Below, piece after piece: positions 12,101 to 24,292 of a stretch of 64,000 bases of DNA. A program made the translations under genes and the position numbers. Source of the DNA: Pocillopora damicornis (lineage: Eukaryota). Under the pieces are notes generated by a model that saw only the letters and a program-made list of their open reading frames with translations, made no database searches and was not told the origin of the DNA. The stretch is from assembly GCF_003704095.1 (NCBI RefSeq), contig NW_020845583.1:62001-126000 (forward strand). The letters are read 5' to 3'. Positions within the stretch are counted from its first letter, which is position 1. Each line of letters opens with the position of its first letter.

Positions 12101-13904
12101 ACTGAGGTAGTATGTGTCTCTGGCAATGTTTTTTCCTTTCTTGAGCCCATTATTTATGTTTTAAAAGAGAAAGAAAAGTAACAAGGTAAAGAACATGATA
12201 GCACCTCACTATTCCGCCTTGAAAGACAACACCCCTACTTAATAGGAATTTTATGAAGACAAGTTATCAACCTTTCACGTCTCTGCAACAAGGATGAAAA
12301 TCACGAAGAGTTTTTTCCTTCAAACTGTAGAAGAACGTTGTAAGATAATCAAGAGGTGAAAGTGCCCTGTCAGTAGTACTGATAGTCAACAAACATCTGT
12401 AGTTCTGGGGAAAATTTCTGGTTTAAATTTCAATGATAAAATTTCCGTCTCATTCCACGGTTCATGAAAGGTGGAATCCTACTTCCTAACCCTCTCCCTC
12501 TAGTCCACTCCTCCTCGTAACTTCCGTCCGACCCTCTCAGCGCTGGGAAGCACCGAGATAAGCTGCGGCTAGGTGGTCCTGAATACGCTCCAGAACAGGC
12601 CTTACCTACAACTGCTTTATTTCAGGTCCAACTCGAGAACAAATGCCTCTTTGGTCACTTTGCCGTTGTGTTTGGCTTCATGTGCGGCATGTTAAACCTC
12701 TCTGTGGTCCAAACACAACAACTTTTCCTTTTCTCGACTCTCCGAACGGTAATTGCCAGTGCTGTGAGACTTGGTAATATCGGACCGTTACAGGTACTTA
12801 TAGAACGTCAGGTTTTGGGCAGCTACGAATAACAATACAAGATAAATATATGACAATAGGTGATATCTACATTTGTCGCGCTCGTTCTTTTCATCCCACT
12901 TTCATATAGTCGTCCTTTACAACCGCTTTTCCCTTTTTTTGCACGGGGAGGATGTCAATCATGATTTTCCCTTTTCGTTAGTGGAGGGGTGGGAATCGTT
13001 GTGTGAAATTTTCCCCCCCCCCTTCCAAAAAAGAAAAAGTTTCGACAAAGACTTCACATTGGAGAAAACCTGTGCAGTTAAGGACAAAGTCAATCAGAGA
13101 CGGATTCTGGAAAATCCTAGGTGTGCTGAAATATAGATGCAGAAGTTACACATGAATATGGCTTTGCATAGTCTGTGTTGGCGTCTTGTCATACGTTCTG
13201 AATCCCAGTGGTGTTAACAGAAAGGATGCCACGACTACAGCGTATCTTAGTTATGGGAAGGAATGTCCAAGGAATACGTAACGTGTCTTACAATTACATG
13301 TTTTGAATTCCGACGAGAAGGCTATAGATGATAATCCCTTGAGGATTCAAACACTGGCACGGAATGCCCGTATAAGAAGTGAGCATAAAAACTCAAGGTC
13401 TCTTGTGTACGGTTATTGTTGTAGTTGCAGCTCCGCTAATTATACTATATTTTGATTCATGAACTTTAGGCTCAATCCTTACAATTTGAAATGCAGAAGA
13501 CAGCAGAAGAAATAAGGAAAAAGTGAGTATCGTGAGCGGAATACTGGTCTGAACACCAAACTGGTGGACGCAACACAGCCTTTGTTTTACCTAGGTTTTT
13601 GGACTTATGTTTGTGAAGGGATTTTCGACTTAAGAGTTACCTTTATTTGGATTTTTACTGTGTTTGACGCCTTTCGCAGCAGTGTCTATTGTTGTAGAAC
13701 GAGATCAACTACCACAACAGGTGTTCAAACTAGACGAAAACCAGGTCATCTGACCATTAGCCCACTTATTTACCTGAACTGTTGTTTTTATACATTCCTA
13801 GGTTCGAAATGACCACCGTGGAGGAAGCAACAACAACAGCCCCCGTTGCTGACTTTCTTCAGGGTGCTCACGACAACCTGTTTTCAAAACTTTTCTACTC
13901 GTGA
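9116..13904 (+). CDS. ureF: Urease accessory protein F (eukaryotic type), 8 coding exons, 239 aa
   Basis: Exons 9116-9200, 10240-10314, 10467-10508, 11094-11224, 11978-12040, 12626-12793, 13470-13522, 13802-13904. All introns GT-AG with matching phases; 720 nt in total. The translation has UreF motifs LLQIADSAFPTGGFSHSFGFE, LSNHVANRASIRQGNSLL, HFAVVFG, RTVIASAVRLGNIGPLQAQ and C-terminal QGAHDNLFSKLFYS*. Confidence 0.93.
11436..11642. mobile_element. piggyBac-type (TTAA) MITE in ureF intron 4, reverse orientation relative to the 27786 copy
   Basis: TTAACC...GGGTTA ends; internal sequence is the reverse complement of the 27786-27996 element. Confidence 0.65.
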
Positions 13905-14422
13905 AAAGAGGCATGGAAATGTCGTTAATTCCGAATGACTGGTCGTCAATGTAGCACCTCTAAATGAAACAGGGCGAGGTAAAAGAACTGCAAGTTATGT
14001 GAAGTTTTCGTGGTGAATAACCAGAGATCTCTACACGTTTTGTAGGGGCTGTGATCGAAGCAATAACGTGTCTCGAGCGCCGGAAAGCTATAGCACGCGA
14101 GGGCTACAATGCGGTCAACAAGGCACTGATCCATTTGGGTAGTCCACATAAATGTAATAAAAACATGGAAAACTGTGTATGACTTGCATCAAATACCAAA
14201 CTTGACTCTAATGACCCTGATGGTGACTTTCGCTCAGGTTGATGAAGCGTCAGTGGCTAATATCGACAGCAGTCAGAATACACGATAATGCCGAACTTTA
14301 TTAAATCTCAACTCTGGAAATTAATCTTTACAAAAATTTACAAATATTTAAATCCGATTGCGCGAAAAAGCTATTCGTTAAACTATGTTCATAAGTCTTA
14401 GTCCATCTTCTATAATTTTTTT

Positions 14423-16190
14423 TTATATCACAAAGTGCTCAAAGTTTTCGTTTGTGAAGTCGCTTTCGTCAAAAGACAATGAAGACATGGAATAAGTCAG
14501 AAGTGGCCTTCCCGAGTTATCTGACGCTGCCCTTTTTCGGAGACCCGGAGAGGCTTCGTCTCTGTAATACGTCTCCGAAGACTTTTCGGGAATCCGATAA
14601 AATGGACTGATTGGTGAACTCGGAGAGGTGTCGGGAAGACTGATCTTTCGATCGATTGGAGACACTGGAGGCGGGCAATTCCTGATTGAGTTGAGAACAC
14701 CTCGGAGTTGTACAAACTGCTTCATAAGGTTCTGGTCTTGCTGCTTGAGAAATTTCTGTTGGATGAAAAATTAAGTTAGAGAAATGTGGATGCTTGCTTT
14801 CTTGACAGTTGAAATTTGAACATGTGTATTCCTAGAAGTTACGGGAAATGTTTTATATCTTAGCTCAAACGAATGAGATGTTAGAGATAGAAGCGTTGAT
14901 GGAGCTAAGATTCTCAGAGCAGAAATTAGAGAAAAATGCATATAAGTTGATTCTTGTTGCCTACAAGCAGACGCTGCAGGACGCGCGTTTCTCCACGCGC
15001 GGAAGGACTCGAGACGAGTCGAGACAGTTATACTCTTTGCAGCGCATAGCTTAAGGCTCGTACTTTCCGTCGGGCGAAGGCACACTCGTGCTGAAACGGT
15101 TCCTGATCCTCTTCGCGGGCTGTGTTTTCTAGAACAGATACATGGAATATCTTTCTCTCCATGGGTTTTGTTTATTTGTCTCAATCATTTTTTTTTTCTC
15201 AGCGGGCAATCACCCCGCCCGCAACGATTCAATCGTTACCGCTAAAAGATCACAGTTCGTCAAGAATTTCAGGCAGCGTAGCATTTTTTAACGTTCAAGT
15301 ACATAACACTTCCAAGCTACTATCCACTGAAATTGAAGATGGACAACAAGGTGACCCCTTACTTCAAATTCATCTATTTCCTCAATTTCCTGCTGTGCGA
15401 AGATCTAATATTTATTTTTCAAAACCTTCAAAATACAAAAGCTTGTCTGATATTTTCAAGAGCTAAGAGAAACATTTCTGCTCCGCCCTAGTGACACGCG
15501 CAATCATAGACTTCAGTAACACAAACACCACAGGAATTTTTCGAGCAGAATCGATTGATGCAGGGTTTATTCCTAAACGCACGTGTCTCCATTGAAAGGT
15601 CATTTACTTGGGGCACGGTGGCGGGGAATAATTTAGGCTATTATTATTGTGGACAGATAACATCAGTAGAAAAATATTGTTCCTGTGAATGAAAACTATT
15701 ACAGTCGGGAGGAAAGTTATCAAAGCTTAATTGCATGTAGATGAATCATGGAAAGAAAAACATTTGCGACTTAGTAACCAAGATGTCTTTTACGATATTA
15801 CGTGTAAATCCCAATACCGAAGGGGCGTTAATCTCAAGTACAGCTAAATGAATTTAATATATTGAGAGACCTTTATTTATAATCTCCGCGATTAGCCATA
15901 ATTTTTCTTTATGGCACGTATCCAGATTATCTTCGAGTATGACATTAGAATTAAATAACTTGTTAAGCGCTTACGATTTCTTTCACAATCCATTTGATTG
16001 CCGCGTCTAGGTCTGTTTTGCGTTCGTGAAACGTCTTCAACTTTCGCTCTTCTTCATTGAAACAAAATGCGGGTCTTTCCGACTCCATAATCTCATCAAC
16101 AGAGCTGATCACAACGCTCGGCTGAGTTTCTGAGTCCTCCTCCTCGCTCGTGCTCTCCGTAGATTGCTGTCCTATCATGAGGAAAGACAT
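14423..16190 (-). CDS. FAM167-like coiled-coil protein, 2 exons (16190-15975, 14755-14423), 182 aa
   Basis: A phase-0 GT-AG junction joins ...LDAAIKWIVKEI|KFLKQQDQNLMKQFVQLRGVLNSIR, resembling the FAM167 pattern (WLRxELxEMRxQDxxLxxQLxxLRxxI). Minus-strand AATAAA at 14297-14302. Confidence 0.72.
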
Positions 16191-19100
16191 AATTTTGTAA
16201 GTTTAGGATTAGAGGTAAGCCCTGGTGCAACGTACACCGAACTATGAAAATTCCTGTGTTGACTGGATCGCACTAAGTGATAATTACCGAAGCGGTAAGT
16301 CTGTCCTTTCTAATTCTTTGTGCAAATAAATGATGAGTTTGACAAATGATGACCCTAGGGTTCTAATCAAAATGACATATCAGTGTTGACTGAAGAAGTA
16401 CTTGCCTATGAGTCAGCTTCGTGTTTCGACGTAATTGCTCTCTTGTTACAAGTTATGACGATTTTTATTATTGTGTCAAAACTTTTCTGCAAAGTAACCG
16501 GATTTAGCTAAAACCTGACGTTTATTCTGGGCACATTAATTCAAATTTGACGTAATTTAGGTGCATCAGGCGTGACAGCGAGATCCGGCAATAGACACAA
16601 GCAATGTTTGTATTGACAAAAAGCCACAATGATGTTTCAAATTGTGTTGTGTATCAAACCTTATCTCTCCGACTGATCGCCGTAATCTGACCACAGCCAG
16701 TAAAAATAGATCGATAACTTTGCGTTCCTCTATCTCCAAGATTTGATCAATATGCAGCCTCTCCTTACAATTCCAATATATCTTGAAATAAGCAGTTGAT
16801 AAGAAAAGACGAACCTATCAGGCTATAAACGCTATCTTTACGACCAAAATTTCATCGTAGATTTACAATCCAACGTATCGCAGCTTCAAGAGAGAAATAA
16901 TACAATGATTTTTAGAGTTAATCGGCCAAGATTCTGTTGCGTTATTCAAGTCGTGTGCTTTGTCATAGCTATGTGGTCTATTCTTAGTCCCCCCGGACCT
17001 CAGATCGTTTTTTCGGAACAGTGTTACGCACGGGTCGTAGTAGCCAGGGAGGGGAAGGTCCTGAATACCCCCTGCCCTGCTGGTGAGAAGAATTTTTAAT
17101 AAAAAAACGAACAAACCTTGAAATTCAGGAGGCGAAAACGCGCGTGAACCGAGGAATCAACACGCATGCATAGCAGAGGGATCCCATCACTAACAACTCA
17201 TTTATTCTTATTCTTCAAAATCTTGCTAGGGGTAAAACACAGCGTTAATGTCGCGAAGACAGTCGAAAAGGTACCCTTGATAAATCCCAGTGCGACTCCC
17301 AACCCCCTTTTTTCAAAAAATCCTTGCTACTTCCCTGGACATCTCTTTAAAAAGCCCTACTTTGAATTGAAAGAAAAGTCGTTCTCGGATTTCATCCTGA
17401 ACTTATTCTTCTTAAAAGCAACTATTCAACTTGCCCTCCAGTTCAGAAAAGAAAGGACGTAACGCCGTCATCACCTTAATTACATACCAAGCCAAAAGAC
17501 GGAAAGCACGCAGAAAACATAACAAGCAATTAAGAAAAAAGATACTTTGTAATCATTTTACCGGATGGCCACCCAGACTTGGAAATACAAGAATGAGGGA
17601 CTTGCCTCCCAAACGTGGCCGCAAAGGTTTCGTACACAAAGTGACCTTGTTGAGCAGGAGCTTAGGCCGCTTGTGGTTAAGAAAGGAAATCGTTGTTGAT
17701 ACATGAGAAATACAACCTACCGACATATTGCCCTTGAGTCAAATGTAAAGGTCATGGGAAGAATGGAAATGATCACAAATTCAATAAGCTTCTGATAGTC
17801 AAACAAATACTCCTTGTCAGTACCGTGGGAAATATATAAAGAACAGTATGGAGAATGAAGGGCGTAGGCAGACAAGCGTTTGGGTTTCAAGTTTTACGTC
17901 TGTGTAGAGGAAGGGAACTAACCCTTCCTAAACAGCCACGAAATCACTTCAGTCAACATACAAAAGAAAAAATTTAAATTGACTTCAGCCACTGGAAAAT
18001 TTTTATTAGGGCGGGGTTTGAGGATCAAATGTTACGTATGAAGCATATCCCGCAATCACTTGAAACGCTGCAAATTACAGCAAATGTAAGAAATCAACTA
18101 CCGTGTCTGATTGTTGACGTCAATCTCATAAGGTTGTGAGCTCGCGAATCTTCTACAGAAGAAATGCGGCTCAAAGGAAAACAAAATGAAATCGTTTATC
18201 CCCATTATTCGTCGTGTAAAGTTATGTCTCAAACGGGCCTTTGTTATCTGTATTCAGCAACTTCGCTCGAACAGACGGTTAGCGCACGATTCGGCTAGTC
18301 AACTTATCAAGACAGTGTATAGTGTATCTGATTAACTTCACTTGATTCAACGACCAAACCCCCCCCCCCCCNNNNNNNNNNNNNNNNCACCTCAATCTCC
18401 AATGAAGCAAAAGGAAGTTACGCGGGAAAGTGAGGTCGGAAAACAAAATGGAGATTAGGCTTTACATGGTCAGTTTTAGCCGCCTTGTTTATTGCATAAT
18501 GGCTGTCGTTGAAAGAAAATAAAACTTTCATTTGCATTACAATTGGCCTTACCATGAAAAGGCCATTGTCTGAAACAGGTCTTTGTTGTCTGCCTTCAAA
18601 GGGCTGATGCTCGAAACTTCGACTACGCAAAATTCGCCAGGGCGATCAGTGTCTCCCTCGATCAAGCTCGAGTAAAGAGTATGCTAAGTAAGTCTTCTAG
18701 CAAATCAGTGCCCCCCCTCTCCCATAAGGAGAAACTAGAGTGGCGAGTGGGGACTGAAAGCAAGATGAATGTTAGGCCCCCGCAGGAGCCCATTATCCCT
18801 GACGTGAAGGTAAACATTACACATGAGTGAAGATGACTTTAAATTAGTGGTATCCTGCTGTGAAGAAACGCTCTTGCTGAAGTAATAATAACCTATTATC
18901 GGAACATTGAAGATAGGAGATGTTTAGCATGATCCTGGAGTAAAAGTAGATAAAAATAACGATAAAAAAAAGTCTTCTAACGAGCCCCTCATCGAACCCC
19001 ATACCTTCAGACTCGCGCCGGATGCTCCACCACAGAGCTACAGCTACGTTGCTACGATCAACAACGTCAAGAGACGAAATTGTGTGGGTAAATAGAAAAG

Positions 19101-19599
19101 TAAAAATGGTAAATGATGGTATATCTGAACCTGCTCTAACGTCGTAAGTGACCCCACTCATCTCGCAGAAGCCCGAGCAAAAACAGGTCTCAAAACGAAC
19201 ATAGATGGCTGGGCACCTCCCATTTTCGAGGCTCTTTGAGAGCCTGGGTCCGTCCAGTTATCGAAGGTAAAAACCGTTTATTATTTACCACCCAAGGGCG
19301 GAGGGGGGGTTTGAATGATTTTGGCTATGTCGCAATGAAAACTACCTTATCCCACCATAAGGCTCTCTAATATTCTTGTGATCTCACTCATTGGCATGCC
19401 CTTTTTATACCCTGTCGGCGACCAGGCCTTTTCCGATTGTGCTCGGCAACTTTTGAGCAACGTTTGACGTTTGGAGCAACTTTTAGCAGTTCTAGGAACC
19501 TCGAGTAATTTTGCATTTTTGAAAAATTTTTGAGGAAAATGTAGATTTAGAGCACATATCAAGCTCGAAAGACTACTTAATGATACATTAACATACTTC

Positions 19600-19826
19600 A
19601 ATAGGCCATTTTATAGTTGTGTACTTACAGTTGCCAAGCCTTTGATTTGGAGTGAGGCTGAAGTTGACCATGTTGTGATACATATGAGACCAGTATTTAG
19701 TTAGCATGATAACAAAGTCATTTACATTTGAAAAGCAGCAAGGTTTGTATCATAACAAAGTCACCCTTAGCCTCATTCCTGTTCAAAGGCTTGGCAACCA
19801 AGCACGCAACTGTCAAATGAACTATT
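19600..19826. mobile_element. Palindromic MITE (~225 bp, long imperfect inverted repeats)
   Basis: AATAGGCCATTT..AGTTG..GTTGCCAAGCCTTTGA pairs with TCAAAGGCTTGGCAAC..CAACT..AAATGAACTATT. Confidence 0.7.
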
Positions 19827-21497
19827 TATGTAAATTTCTTACATGTTTATCAACCTTTCGAACACAAATGAACCATGTGTTTTGTTCCGTTAGACCTAAG
19901 TGTATCCCTAAATTTCGCCCATATTTGCACATCAGTCTTAAACACGTTTCAAGCTATTTTTATAGACCGATGAGAGCAATTATAAGAGGAAAGAAAAATA
20001 AAGCTTTAATTAACATTTCTATGAATATATCCAAAAAATTAGTCAGCAATTTGTGAAATTTAGATGGCGACTTTTTGAATTTTTCGCAATTTTTTATAGC
20101 CTACTTGTAGCCGTACCCTCCCCCTGCCAAGATGAAACNNNNNNNNNNNNNNNNNNNNNNNNNNNNNNNNNNNNNNNNNNNNNNNNNNNNNNNNNNNNNN
20201 NNNNNNNNNNNNNNNNNNNNNNNNNNNNNNNNNNNNNNNNNNNNNNNNNNNNNNNCCCCCCCCCCACTATTCCTAACTGTCATTTATGGCTCAAAGATGA
20301 AGTAAAATACCAAGAAATCTGAGTGAATTGTTTCGACCCTTGTTACTTTCGCAACCATCGGCCTATTCTTCTTGCCGATTTATGGGGGGTCGTCGATTTT
20401 CCGAACGCTCTATCATCGACACAAACAAATTTACTCAATGTTTTTTTTCTCTCACAAATGGGCATATCGAAAAATAAAAAGGAGAAATACGTATATGTTC
20501 CATTGTTATTGCTGAAAAGAAATAAACTGCTTGGGTCACAAGTGTCGCCACGTGTGCGCTCTTACTTTACATTGGATTAGTTGAAAGTGTCACGCAATCA
20601 TAGAGCAAATATCTCCGTTTTCTACCGTTTTCGCGCGACAAAGAAGAGATATCATTTAGTTGAGAGTGAACTCAATACAAGACCCTTCTTACCAGGGCTT
20701 TTTTCCCCAACAGGACGGCGAACAGCAATTTGATGTCACTGAAAGCCCACACGGACCCACTTTTAGCATTCTACCCTCAGCAGGCGAGTATAGTTACCAC
20801 CTTTTACAAAGATATATCAGTTTTCAATACAGCGGTGTGTTTATCCATTCATCAATCAAAACTCGGTATCAGTTATCAAGCGTGGTTTCGCAAGTGTAGC
20901 TTAAAAGGAAATGTATAAATTGTCGTCACAAAGCTATTGACGCAGCTGCTCCCTGTCACGCGAATGAACAAGGAAAAAATACAAGTACCTATGGACAAAT
21001 AGATCTTACTTTAAAACATTTTTATTGCCACGAAGACAGGTATCAAAACCAAAAACCTACAAAAAAAAAAGAAAAACTGTAACGGCTCGTAATAACAGCG
21101 AATCATTTGAAAAATGCCTAAAATCGTGACATTATCAGATACAAACTCACTCGAGCTCATTAATGATTAACGTTTCATTAAACACATGAGAGGTGAAACC
21201 CTATTAGTATACATAATGAATACATGGCTCGCTCTTTGACAGAATATAACGCTTTGTTTGGCGATGCTTTTAGGGTTTCAAGCACTTTAGAATCATTATC
21301 GTCAGTAAAACTACCAAAAATAACAAGAGTTATAGGCGTTACGAAGAGATGTGTTACAATGCTTAGATATCTTACGCCAATGGAGTCACTACTTGGACTG
21401 TATCTTGATCTTGAAGCCTTTAAAAACAAATTCAGTTACTGAGATAGTTGGTTGAGAATACTGTTATGGGCAACAATTTTTTTACGCCGCACATCGA

Positions 21498-21827
21498 TCA
21501 AGACCGAGCGATGGACATGGCTCCAGGACTGCCTTTTACTTCTTGGGCTGATTGCACCAGCATGCAAAGAGGACAACAGCAAGTCGCCAGAATATCATTC
21601 AGGAACGTGCCATCGATGCCTTTCTGTTCCCGGATCTTAGAACGGATCTGCGCCATGAAGAAGATGTTTGCCAGCGGAACAAAAGTGGCCAGTCCACAGA
21701 GCAGGCAACTGTCTCCGACCGCCTCGGCGTTCTTGCCAGCCGTGTAGCAATGACAGAAGTAGGTAACGAGACATGTGCCACAATCATCAAAACAACCGAA
21801 CAATCCGTGAGACCACTGTCTTGCCAT
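21498..21827 (-). CDS. PLAC8/cornifelin-family cysteine-rich protein, 109 aa, single coding exon
   Basis: WSHGLFGCFDDCGTC...FCHC...RSKIREQKGIDG...DILATCCCPLCMLVQSAQE is the PLAC8 domain signature. Confidence 0.92.
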   Translation of the reverse strand: MARQWSHGLFGCFDDCGTCLVTYFCHCYTAGKNAEAVGDSCLLCGLATFVPLANIFFMAQIRSKIREQKGIDGTFLNDILATCCCPLCMLVQSAQEVKGSPGAMSIARS

Positions 21828-24151
21828 GGCGAATCCAACTGAATCAAGTTCAGCGAAAAAAGATCGTTAAGATACAGGAGTTGAACAGATGAATAAACAG
21901 AGCTGTGATCAGCTTGCCACGCCGTAAATTAGAGACAGCGCCTACCGCCCCGGAAGTCATACCTGCTTTCTCAGAATGGCAGCACCAGCCTATTGATTGA
22001 CATATGCCACAATGAAAGCCAATCGCAGTTTCGACGACGTCATAGTAAAGTTTGCCACGGATTCTTGTAATAGGGGAGTTTATATAGTTAAGGCGGTGAA
22101 AATTATTTATTCAGCTTTAAATCGAAGCCAAATTAGCATATAATATGAGGAAAAAAAAAATACTCGGCAGGGTGCTTAGCAAATGTAATGTTTAAACAGC
22201 TTACGGGGTTCTTAATCAAATTTATCGTTCGAGCGAATTTGCTTGCAATCGTTTAAATTAAAAAAGGAGATTTTTAGGTGTGAAAGTAATAATTTGAAAA
22301 GAGCAGAGTCGTCACAACCGACCGTTGAAAGAACACAAGTTTTGCGCTGCGCATCTTAATTATATAAGATCGTGACCTGTTTCGATTAGTATCCCTAAAG
22401 GTGTGGGAGGGGAGACTCTCTTACAAACTGACGAGATTATTTCACATCAGGAGAAAAGTTTGGTTGTATATACGCTCTGAACTGTCTTTACGGTGATATC
22501 CTAAAACCGTAAAACATTTTTCTTTTTCAAAAAAGAAACAAAGGTGAGAAATAGCTTAACGGTGATGTTTCTACCTCCCTCCCACCCCTCCCCCCCGATC
22601 GATCCACCCCAGTAATCATGAAGTATTCGATACTCGAAGCGAGCAGAGTTGATTAACCACAAACAATACCCCTCGATTTGTCATGATTTAGAAAATATCC
22701 GTGTGCGTCTTTGAAAGGTCACTCGAGGTAGGCTACCCGCGACGAAAGCCACAAGACTTGACGCGATCTTAAATAAAGTTGTCAGAATTTAATATGACGG
22801 GAACTTTTGGGAATTTCAAACTGAGAGATAAATTAAAATGCAGAAAAGCATCTCAGGCTTGTATTGCACCCGAAGGAAATCGTCTGAATAACAATTAGCT
22901 TGTTTTATTCTGTCCGGAAGCATTACTGAACCCTGCTCTCAGTTGAGAAGGCGTCGTTCTGTTTCGTTCATGTCCAGCTTGTTGCTTTGTTTTGGCAACC
23001 TTAAAAATATCGCCGAGTTTAAGTGCCACTTTGCTCATGTCAGGCTTTTTTTTCGGACAGGCCGTTTGATAATTTATTAGCGTCTTTTGTTCTTTCGAAA
23101 CAGGAAGATCTGAGATCCTTTCAAGAACAGGAAGAAGCCACTTAACGTTTGTCAAGTTCAAGCGATTGGTATAAGTTTTAGCTCGGGCTACGTGCTCTCT
23201 GCAACAGTAGGCGTTCAAGGCAGATGACAGATGTTTCCGTTTCGGAGTTTCAAATGGTCACTCTCATATGAAGGGACCCCGTTGCACGAAAGAGAGAATA
23301 TATCTCGTGAGCCTGCTTCTTTCGGAGTTCAGCACACAGGGGCGTTTTACTCCAATTAGGCAGAGATATTGCATGCAACTATCACACGCACCTTACAAAT
23401 AAGAACAATTTAAAGTTGAAGCAATATTTCCGCTTGCCGTTTCGTCGTTACTTTTTCAGCGACGGGTGTAAATTAATTTACTAGCACAATGATAAATCTC
23501 TTCAGCAACATTTCTGAACGTATTTATAATATTATTCTCTTATTTCAAATTAAATTTCCGCCTTTATTTTTTCATACAGCAAAGGACACAACGGGGGTAA
23601 AACCACCTTAGAAAAAACACACATAAAACTCATTACTTCCCACGATACAACCGATCATAAATGCTTTCCACCAAAGAAAGCAGAGATGGAGAAGGAAAAT
23701 CATTAGTACCATGAAAGTATTACGCAGGGACAAAGAATATCGTTCATATATCAAAGTACTTAAATCTTTCAACTAAATATTTCCCTATAATGAAAAAATA
23801 GTCGCATCTCTTAGTTTACTATTTTGAGCGAAAATACTAACTCGTGCGAAAATACCGTACGCGTACCCTCCCCATGAAATAATCTATATATATATCATAT
23901 CATACAAATTTTCTGAAATCGGACATTACTGACGATGAGAGCGAAGAGATTAAGGCCTCTCTCTCGATATTTCATTTTTTTTTGGAGGAAATAGCTTTTC
24001 GTGATAAGTTCAAAAGGTGAACTTCATGAACAAATCCAAAAAATGTAATAAATAAAGATTTATCACGTCGCAGCCCTCTTTTCAAAACCATAATTTACGA
24101 TGTTTCAAATGATTAGTTTTTCCCAATTTTCATGTAAAGATTTCAAACCGC

Positions 24152-24292
24152 TGTCAGTATCTGAGCAACTACGCACCTACACCCCCCCCCCTCTCCTCCC
24201 CCCCAACAACAGTAAACTGACAACTGGTTAGAATTGAAGTTGGGTTAGGGAAGGGGTAGGTGCGCAATTGCTCAGATGAGATAAGTGATCCA
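24152..24292. mobile_element. Degenerate copy of the palindromic MITE family seen at 46597-46733
   Basis: CAGTATCTGAGCAACTACGCACCTAC...GTAGGTGCGCAATTGCTCAGAT...GATCC. Confidence 0.65.

Noticed and set aside
9116-13904. ureF as bacterial or symbiont contamination
   Set aside because: Canonical GT-AG introns, AT-rich host-like composition, host MITEs in the introns and gap-free continuity with the flanking metazoan genes.
14771-15466. ORFs inside the FAM167-like intron
   Set aside because: Mutually overlapping, no motifs; consistent with CpG-rich non-coding DNA.
21448-21847. Overlapping ORFs around the PLAC8 gene
   Set aside because: Antisense and alternative-frame shadows of a GC-richer real CDS; no motifs.
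22895-23218. 107-aa minus-strand ORF
   Set aside because: Non-ATG start, in-frame stop shortly upstream, no recognisable family and no convincing exon partners.
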